Assembly: GCA_965197585.1 (NCBI GenBank)
Contig: OZ240215.1
Coordinates: 1,632,001 to 1,696,000 of the forward strand
Direction: 5' to 3'
From: Dehalococcoidia bacterium
GTDB taxonomy: Bacteria; Chloroflexota; Dehalococcoidia; Plut-88900
Length of the DNA: 64,000 nucleotides
The notes under the pieces were generated by a model, which was given only the letters and a program-made list of their open reading frames with translations, made no database searches and had not been told where the DNA came from. Position 1 is the first letter of the stretch; each line of letters begins with the position of its first letter. Below, piece by piece: positions 57,477-64,000 of this stretch. A program made the translations under genes and the position numbers.

Positions 57477-58421
57477 ATGAAGGCAACGCGCCTAACCAAA
57501 CAGCTCAACATACAGTCTCCAATCATCCAGGCCGGTATGCCTTGGGTTTCCAACGCCGAGCTTGCCGCCACCGTATGCAACTCTGGCGCCCTCGGCATGA
57601 TCACCCCCAACGCCGGCCTCCAGGAAGACGGCGACGAGATCGAAAACTATCAAACCCAGCTTCGCAAGATCAAGGCCCTGACCTCTCGCCCCTACGGCGT
57701 ATGCCTGTTCATGGACCATCCCATGCTGGACATCCTGGTCAGCATAACCACCGAGCAGGCTGTTCCCATAGTCGTAACCGCAGGAAACGGCGCCTCCGAC
57801 CACACTGGCCACCTGAAGGACGCAGGCATTACCGTCTTTCATGTAGTGGGGTCCGTTCACCAGGCCCGTAGCGCTGAAGCCCGTGGCGCCGATGGCGTCA
57901 TTGCCACCGGCCTTGAAGCCGCAGGGCCAGGTAGCACCGACCGACTATCCCTGTTTACTCTCGTACCCCAAGTGGTCGACGCAATTGAAATACCAGTCAT
58001 CGCCGCAGGCGGCATCTCAGACGGGCGTGGCCTTGCAGCTGCCATCGGCCTCGGTGCCAGCTCTGCTTACATCGGTACCCGATTCGTCGCCACCCACGAG
58101 TGTGTCGCTCACCCCAACTTCAAGGACGCGATCATCAACGCTGTCGACACCAGCACCGCCATCGCCGACGTCAACTCCTGCCCCACCCGGCTTCTCAGGA
58201 ATCGTGCCTTCGAACATCTCCGCAACTCAAGCAACGGCACAGACCCCGCCTCTTCGTTCTCAGATGCGCAGACCCGCGCCTCCCTCTTGGACGGAGCCAC
58301 CGACGAAGGCCTTGTTCACTGTGGCGCTGGCGCGGGCGTGGTCAACGAGGTTTTGAGCGCCGCCGAGGTAGTCAAAAACCTGGTCAGCGGTGCTGACACC
58401 GCTATGTCCCGCATACGCTAG
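57477..58421 (+). CDS. nitronate monooxygenase / FabK-like flavin oxidoreductase
   Basis: PIIQAGM, G.EAAG, IAAGGISDGRG, GTRF; GGAG SD before ATG 57477. Confidence 0.88.
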   Translation: MKATRLTKQLNIQSPIIQAGMPWVSNAELAATVCNSGALGMITPNAGLQEDGDEIENYQTQLRKIKALTSRPYGVCLFMDHPMLDILVSITTEQAVPIVVTAGNGASDHTGHLKDAGITVFHVVGSVHQARSAEARGADGVIATGLEAAGPGSTDRLSLFTLVPQVVDAIEIPVIAAGGISDGRGLAAAIGLGASSAYIGTRFVATHECVAHPNFKDAIINAVDTSTAIADVNSCPTRLLRNRAFEHLRNSSNGTDPASSFSDAQTRASLLDGATDEGLVHCGAGAGVVNEVLSAAEVVKNLVSGADTAMSRIR

Positions 58422-59332
58422 TCCGACGACTCCCGCCCTCCCTGGAATCTGAGTTCCACTCCTGCCCGCTCTTCGTGTAGCTTGATAACTGCACGGGAGT
58501 CGTCTTCACCCCACCCCCGACCCACGGCTTCCCGTATATCCTTCAATGCCAGCTCGATCGCAGGCATGGGAACGTCGTATTCCTCCCCCAGTTCAGCAGC
58601 GAGCGTCACGTCCTTCATCGCCAGCTTAAGGGCAAAATCAGGCGAGAAGTCACCCTTCAAAACCTTTCCGGGGATGCTGACATGTAATGCAACCCCCCGC
58701 CCCACCGCCCCGTCCCTTACTGCTTTCCAAACGACTTCAGGCTCCACACCCGCTTTGACCGCCACTGTAAAGCATTCGCCCACCGCCTCCATGAATGCGT
58801 AGTTTATGGCGTTATGGGCCAGCTTGCAGATCGTCCCGCACCCTATGCTGCCGCAATACTGTGCTTTGTCCCCTATGGCATCCAGCACAGGTTTGCACCG
58901 GTTGTACGTTTCCTCATCGCCGCTGACCATCACGGCCAACCTGCCGGCCACCGCGCCCGGTACCCCGCCGCTCACCGGCGCGTCCAGCATCACACACCCC
59001 TTCTCCCGAAACATCGGCTCGATCCTGCGCACCAGGGACGGTCTGTTGGTGGTCAGGTCCACGTACACCGAGCCCAGCCTCAACCCCTCCAACACCCCAC
59101 CCTCTCCAATGGCAACAGCCTCCATCTCCACCGGCCCGGGCAGGGATGTAAACACAATGTCGCTCACCGCCGCCACCTCCGCCGCAGAACCCGCCCCCGA
59201 GGCCCCATTCCCCATGAACGGCGCCATCAACTCTCGCCGAAGGTCCAAAACCGTCATCTCAAATCCGGCCTTCGCCACGTTCCGGGCCATTGGCCCACCC
59301 ATGTTGCCCAGCCCTATAAACCCAACTTTCAT
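58418..59332 (-). CDS. NAD(P)-dependent 3-hydroxyisobutyrate/tartronate semialdehyde reductase family protein
   Basis: GFIGLGNMG, DAPVSGG, KLAHN, F.LKLAMKD; start moved to ATG 59332. Confidence 0.9.
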   Translation of the reverse strand: MKVGFIGLGNMGGPMARNVAKAGFEMTVLDLRRELMAPFMGNGASGAGSAAEVAAVSDIVFTSLPGPVEMEAVAIGEGGVLEGLRLGSVYVDLTTNRPSLVRRIEPMFREKGCVMLDAPVSGGVPGAVAGRLAVMVSGDEETYNRCKPVLDAIGDKAQYCGSIGCGTICKLAHNAINYAFMEAVGECFTVAVKAGVEPEVVWKAVRDGAVGRGVALHVSIPGKVLKGDFSPDFALKLAMKDVTLAAELGEEYDVPMPAIELALKDIREAVGRGWGEDDSRAVIKLHEERAGVELRFQGGRESSD

Positions 59333-59356
59333 TCTGTTTATTCCCCTTTCATAGCT

Positions 59357-59389
59357 CCGCTCATCCTTCGACAAGCTCAAGATGAGCGG
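59357..59389 (-). repeat. free hairpin-A repeat (reverse orientation)
   Basis: CCGCTCATCCTTCGACAAGCTCAAGATGAGCGG. Confidence 0.7.
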
Positions 59390-59395
59390 GCCTCC

Positions 59396-61042
59396 TTACT
59401 CTATCGCTCCCCAAAGGTCATCCGCACTCAAGGGCGGCCCGGCATCCGAGACTCCCGCCCGTGCAGCCATCGGCTCCTGCATCGACTTGTAAAATTCCGG
59501 TGTCCCGTATTCCCGTGTCTGGATTACCACCGGCATCGGCACGGAGTGGCCGAAAATCAAAGCCTGTCGGTTCGAGTCCAGACCCGCCAGCACAGTCTTC
59601 AACTGACGTCCCCCGGACACCCCCGAAAGAACCCTGTCCACGTCCCTCTCGTTGTCCAGCAGGCAGCATATCTTAGTCCCGATCTGGCTCATCACTTCCT
59701 CGTCTATCCCGCTTGGCCGTTGGTCTATGACCAGGAGTGTCACATTGACCTTCCTCATCTCCCTGGCAATCACCCCGAAAGTCGTCTGCCCCGAAAGTCC
59801 CGGTCCTAGAAACTTGTGCGCCTCCTCAATTGTGATCATCAGCCGCTCTGGATCGGCGCCCCCGTCTCCTAGCGCCATTTCCGCCCTACGTACGTACTGG
59901 TCATGGATCCGACGAGTCAGAAGATTGGCTACGAGAATATACGCCGCCAAGTTAGTCTCATACCGCCCAAACTCCAGCACGACGCTCATGCCCCGCGCCA
60001 GATGGTCCAGGATCTGCTTCACCGCGTCCCCACTCCCCTGTGGCGTCAAAAAGTCCATCCTCCTGAGTATTTCGAGCCGTCTCAGAAGCGCCGCCAACGC
60101 CGCCGGATTAACGTTTATCTCATCCGCCAGCTCCGCCAATCCCTCACCCATGTTCAGGAACTTCTCCAGCCACTTCCCCTTCCCGTACTTCCGCTCCAAC
60201 ATGTACGCCGCTTCCGCAGCAACTTGGCTTAGATTCAGCGTCTCTCTCAGTAAGCTAATGTCCTCCGGCTCGATCTCTTCGTACCCGATCTTCACGTCGT
60301 AGTCGGTGCTCACTTTCCTTCGCCGGGAGCTGTCCGGGTCCAGGGTGAAGACCGCCACCTTGGACGGAAATAGCTGTTTAAGTCCCTTGACCTTGTACCG
60401 CTCCTCGCTCCGACCCTCCCACCCGTATTCGCTGTGCATGTCGAACACCAGGTTGACCGCTGTCCCCTTCTGGATCGACCCCGCCAAGAGCAGCCTCGTC
60501 AGGAAAGTCTTGCCCGTGCCGCTCTTCCCGAACACCCCGTTGCTCCGTTTCGCATATTCCCCAAGGTCCAGGCACACCTTGGTCTCCATGTCCAGTGGAT
60601 TGCCAACGTAGAAATGCCGCTCGTCCTCGCTCCCGAACACTCGAGCCATGTCCTCCTCCGAGGCCTCCGTGACCCGAGAAAAGTGGGGTGGTATCGTCCT
60701 TACCGGCTGCGGCCCCTCCACCCCCGACTTGTCCCCCACCCCGATCGTCAGCATCGGCGTCACTTTCAGTCCCCCGTACAACGCCGTCCCGGCAAGGACC
60801 TCCGCGACAAAGGGGTCTAGCGGATCCGGAGGGAACGCCGAGAGCCGGGCGTCCGAGCTTTCCAGGGAAACGTCGGTCACCATCCCAAAGAACCGCTTCG
60901 ACCCACCCTGTATAACCGTATATCTCCCGACCGCCATGTCCTCAATCGGGGCACTACCGTCCAGCTTGACCGTCAGGCCTTCGCTGAACGACCCACCCAC
61001 CACCCGCCCCAAGGGCGCCCCGACACCCGCCTCACCCGTCAA
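59396..61042 (-). CDS. herA: HerA/FtsK-family ATPase (HAS barrel + DUF87)
   Basis: Walker A GKSGTGKT, FDMHSEY, Walker B IEEAH, REMRK, DQRPS; start set at TTG overlapping the upstream stop. Confidence 0.9.
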   Translation of the reverse strand: MTGEAGVGAPLGRVVGGSFSEGLTVKLDGSAPIEDMAVGRYTVIQGGSKRFFGMVTDVSLESSDARLSAFPPDPLDPFVAEVLAGTALYGGLKVTPMLTIGVGDKSGVEGPQPVRTIPPHFSRVTEASEEDMARVFGSEDERHFYVGNPLDMETKVCLDLGEYAKRSNGVFGKSGTGKTFLTRLLLAGSIQKGTAVNLVFDMHSEYGWEGRSEERYKVKGLKQLFPSKVAVFTLDPDSSRRRKVSTDYDVKIGYEEIEPEDISLLRETLNLSQVAAEAAYMLERKYGKGKWLEKFLNMGEGLAELADEINVNPAALAALLRRLEILRRMDFLTPQGSGDAVKQILDHLARGMSVVLEFGRYETNLAAYILVANLLTRRIHDQYVRRAEMALGDGGADPERLMITIEEAHKFLGPGLSGQTTFGVIAREMRKVNVTLLVIDQRPSGIDEEVMSQIGTKICCLLDNERDVDRVLSGVSGGRQLKTVLAGLDSNRQALIFGHSVPMPVVIQTREYGTPEFYKSMQEPMAARAGVSDAGPPLSADDLWGAIE

Positions 61043-61668
61043 GGCCGTATCCCCGCCAACAGTGTGTAAAGTCTCTGCGGTTCCGCTGCCAGGAGCACGG
61101 CCAGTGCCTTTCCCGCCCTGATTAGAAACCCTCGCTTGTCCTCCGACGCCACACTCATCCGCCGAAGGCAAGCGCTGATCAGTTGGTCGCCTGCCGGTCC
61201 ACGCGCCCCGGCCAGAATGCTCAGGAATTCCATCGACTCCCCGAAAGCCGCTGCGTACTCCGTTGGACAGTCATAGACGAATGAATGCACCCGAGGTGGA
61301 CGGTAAGGCAGCCTCTGCATCATCGATTCACCCGCTTCTCCCCCATCCCGGTACCCGACAATCTGCGCCGTGAACAGCGTCATCAGCAGTTTCTCTATCT
61401 GTGGGTTGTTCGCGTACAGAGCCTCAACCGAAGGTTCATCTTCGCCCCGGGCCAAGGGCTTTCGTCCCGGCTGAATCGACGACGTCCCCGCCTCCGAAAC
61501 CACCCCCACCACCTCCACATCCCCATCGGGCACTAGCACCAGGCTGCCCAGTGCCGGGGGCTCATGCAGACGATAACACTGTGCCTGAAACGCCGTGGAG
61601 TCGCTTTCGATCACCTCTCCCACCCTGTCCGCCAACCGCTTCTCCTTGCTCTCCAAAGTCGAATTCAT
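61039..61668 (-). CDS. HAS-barrel domain protein
   Basis: GEVIES..TAFQAQC...PPALGSLV...LP..PPRVHSFV; lies between nurA and herA. Confidence 0.75.
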   Translation of the reverse strand: MNSTLESKEKRLADRVGEVIESDSTAFQAQCYRLHEPPALGSLVLVPDGDVEVVGVVSEAGTSSIQPGRKPLARGEDEPSVEALYANNPQIEKLLMTLFTAQIVGYRDGGEAGESMMQRLPYRPPRVHSFVYDCPTEYAAAFGESMEFLSILAGARGPAGDQLISACLRRMSVASEDKRGFLIRAGKALAVLLAAEPQRLYTLLAGIRP

Positions 61669-61675
61669 ACGCCGG

Positions 61676-61684
61676 ATTGTAGCA
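61676..61684 (-). promoter_or_regulatory. extended -10 (TGC-TACAAT) 7 nt upstream of ATG 61668 (probable leaderless promoter)
   Basis: Minus strand GTGCTACAATCCGGCGTATG. Confidence 0.5.
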
Positions 61685-61790
61685 CGTACCCAGAAGGTTT
61701 TCGGGGGCACAATGCTTCATCCCCATCCCGGAATCTGATAACCGGCGCAGCTCTCTCTATGGGCAGCATTTCTGTCCTCTCTCCCTCGAT

Positions 61791-61922
61791 GGGGGCCTCG
61801 TACAAACTGTGACGGAGGGGCCGGGGCCGCTCGTGCTGAGCCCCGTCGAAGTATGAGCGGGGGGAGGGGAAGAACGAGTCACCCATTAGAAGAGGCGTGA
61901 CCGGTAGTTGTACGAAAATCCC
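61791..61922. mobile_element. MITE copy 6 inside a family-C hairpin, between nurA and the HAS gene
   Basis: Ends GGGGGCCTCGTACAAA / GTTGTACGAAAATCCC; flanks TCGAT/ACGAT; hairpin A inside; 132 bp. Confidence 0.75.
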
Positions 61923-61950
61923 ACGATTGGAGAGGACTGGGATGCCCTGA

Positions 61951-63201
61951 TTACACCCACCGAGTCTGCTTGCTCGCCGCCTTAGCCGACTTCACCATAC
62001 TCACCCCGCCACCCCCCATCTCGATATCGACCATCCGCCAGAATTCCTCCCGGTCAGCCCCATTGACCACCGCCTGCTCGTGGGCCTCCGCCAAGGCCAG
62101 GGGATATCCTTGCCCCAACCGGCACTGCTCCAACACCACCGAATGCACCAGGTCCACTAGGTCCTCCCGACGGCTCGCCCACCGAGGCATCTCCACCCGA
62201 CCCACTTCCTCCCCCACATTCACGTAGAAAAACTCTACGTGGTGCTCCCGGTATCTGTCCCTCACTATGGACGACCGGCTTGCAAACAACCCCGACCTCT
62301 CCCCCACCCCGAGCAGCCTCTCAAACAGGTCCCGGTCCCGTATCATCGACACCACATCGCATTCCCTCACCCCCTCCGGAGCGGCCACGCATGCAGCACA
62401 CCCCGAATTTCCGCCCCTGTACCCGGAACAATGCCTGTCGCAGTCGGGAAAAGGAGTGTGAGGACAGAATAAGACTCTAAGACTGTTCACCACCTCAGCA
62501 CTGCCGGGATAGCTGATGTAGGAGGCCAGGGCAACGGGTGCCTTCTCGGAAAGCTCCCGAAACCCATCCATCGCCTCTAGCAACCCTTGATCTAGAAACC
62601 TCCGCCTTACAAAGTCCTTTACGCTGTCTCCTATCAACCCAATGGGCACCAATGTCCCGTCCATAAGACACACCGTCGGCACCCGAGGCGGCTCCTTTTC
62701 CATCTCCCTGAGCAGATACCGGAACTCCTCCACCATCCGTTTTATCCCGACCATTGCCGGGTTCATAAATTGCTCGCCCGCCGAGTCCGGGTCCCTCAAC
62801 ACCAGGTCCTCTTCCCCAGCATATAGCCTCGGCTCGCTCCGAAGCTCAGCCCCGTGCCCCGACCCATACCGCAGCGCCGCCAGCCCGATGTTTATCAGAT
62901 AGCACCGCGCCGGCCCGTGCCGGTCCGAGTCTATGCTCGACCCATCCACCGAGACCACTCCATAATCTCTGGGCACACTTGGGGCTGGATATTTTGCAGA
63001 AAGCGCCTCCAGCGGCTCCGACACCAGCCACGTTACCTTCGCCCTTTCAATCCGTGCCCTGAGCGCCTCCGCGTCCATACCCGGTTGTTCGACCAGACCA
63101 AGCGCCGATTCCAGGTGCTCCTGCCAGTCCTTCTCCCCCGACCGGATGTCCTCCGCCATCTGGGCTATCTGCCCGATCACCTTGTCTATTTCTAGACTCA
63201 C
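61951..63201 (-). CDS. nurA: NurA-family 5'-3' nuclease with Cys-rich insertion
   Basis: VDGS, MDGTL, GYPLALAEAHEQAVV; GTGA overlap with selB. Confidence 0.88.
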   Translation of the reverse strand: MSLEIDKVIGQIAQMAEDIRSGEKDWQEHLESALGLVEQPGMDAEALRARIERAKVTWLVSEPLEALSAKYPAPSVPRDYGVVSVDGSSIDSDRHGPARCYLINIGLAALRYGSGHGAELRSEPRLYAGEEDLVLRDPDSAGEQFMNPAMVGIKRMVEEFRYLLREMEKEPPRVPTVCLMDGTLVPIGLIGDSVKDFVRRRFLDQGLLEAMDGFRELSEKAPVALASYISYPGSAEVVNSLRVLFCPHTPFPDCDRHCSGYRGGNSGCAACVAAPEGVRECDVVSMIRDRDLFERLLGVGERSGLFASRSSIVRDRYREHHVEFFYVNVGEEVGRVEMPRWASRREDLVDLVHSVVLEQCRLGQGYPLALAEAHEQAVVNGADREEFWRMVDIEMGGGGVSMVKSAKAASKQTRWV

Positions 63202-64000
63202 CGCAACACCCTGTCATCCCCAACTCTGCGCGTAATCCTTTGCTGGTCCAGGTACTCCATCAACGCCAGGGCGTACTTCCTGCTCGTGTCGAACATATCC
63301 CGCACCTTGCCTACGTTGATCTTCCCCGCCGACCTCGTCTCCTCGACTATCCGGTCTCTCATCTCCTTGTACGCGCCCGCGCTGAATACCACGTCCTGGT
63401 TCACTCTCACTACCTTGCCTTCATCCACCAGGCCGGCAACAAGCTCCCCACTGATCCCGAGATCTGTCGGTGGAGAGAACGGCTGGGCGTCCAACGCCGC
63501 TAGATACCGGTCTACCTCCGCCTGCTGTTTCGCGCTCAGCACCCGAGAGTGCTCTGGCAGCCGTACAGCCGACCCCTCTTCCACCAACGTTCCATCTTCT
63601 ACCAGTTTCTCGATCACCTTCCCGAACACCTGCCCCCCAAGCCCGAGCCTGCTCCTCAACTCTTCTTTCGGCAGCCCCGTCCTGAGCGGGTGTTGCTTGT
63701 GATACGACTCCAGCGCAGCCCTCGACTTGGACATCACCCCACCCCACCCTCTCCCCGAGTACAGGATCGTACCGTCCGTCACTCGACCGTTCCCCAGAGC
63801 AGTCACTGCGTCGCGATCCAGCAGACTCTCTAGCGCCTGCGCAACATCCTCCGATGCGATACCGCTCTCCTCCACCACCCTCTTCAATGAGCTCGGCTCC
63901 ATCGATTCCAACGCCTTCAGCAACACCTCCTCAGGCCTACCTTCCGCCAGCACACTGAGCCGTTCCACTACCGGCTCGCTGAACCGCTTATGCCGTCGGG
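63198..64000 (-). CDS. selB: selenocysteine-specific elongation factor, C-terminal winged-helix domains (5' part off window)
   Basis: YHKQHPLRTGLPKEELRSR; FDTSRKYALALMEYLDQQRITRRVGDDRVLR SECIS-binding WH4 motif. Confidence 0.9.
   Translation of the reverse strand, partial: RRHKRFSEPVVERLSVLAEGRPEEVLLKALESMEPSSLKRVVEESGIASEDVAQALESLLDRDAVTALGNGRVTDGTILYSGRGWGGVMSKSRAALESYHKQHPLRTGLPKEELRSRLGLGGQVFGKVIEKLVEDGTLVEEGSAVRLPEHSRVLSAKQQAEVDRYLAALDAQPFSPPTDLGISGELVAGLVDEGKVVRVNQDVVFSAGAYKEMRDRIVEETRSAGKINVGKVRDMFDTSRKYALALMEYLDQQRITRRVGDDRVLR

Overview
GC-rich bacterial chromosomal segment. Gene content suggests Chloroflexota/Dehalococcoidia, possibly SAR202-like (inference from three luciferase-like monooxygenases, tandem SDR and amidohydrolase paralogues, type-E Sdh, nurA-HAS-herA and selB). 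Housekeeping blocks: uppS-cdsA-dxr-rseP, ispG, proS, a menaquinone cluster (tetR-menF-menD-menH, inverted menC, menB-menA), polA-mutM, rsmD-coaD, sdhA-sdhB-CCG subunit, pccB-like/5S-like carboxylase-icd-mdh, folP-folK and selB-nurA-HAS-herA. The most unusual signal is intergenic: a nested 'Russian-doll' set of palindromic repeats. (i) A ~131-bp MITE with GAGACCTTTGCA-type ends and 5-bp TYNAT duplications usually sits in the loop of a CCCTCTCCC..GGGAGAGGG hairpin; one copy inserted exactly at the menD start codon. (ii) A precise 21-nt micro-element is inserted into these repeats without target duplication. (iii) Both IS481 copies interrupt a GTCATTCC-N12-GGAATC repeat at essentially the same position. 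(iv) An IS1182 splits a GTAG-REP palindrome. Also notable: two LexA-box-like promoters of identical geometry ahead of a repeat-containing orphan ORF and an HTH-HNH nuclease, a possible two-gene transcarboxylase with tandem biotinyl domains, two decayed toxin-antitoxin loci and several apparently leaderless genes. No rRNA, tRNA or CRISPR-Cas is supported. All calls come from reading the sequence and ORF track by eye; no database searches were run.
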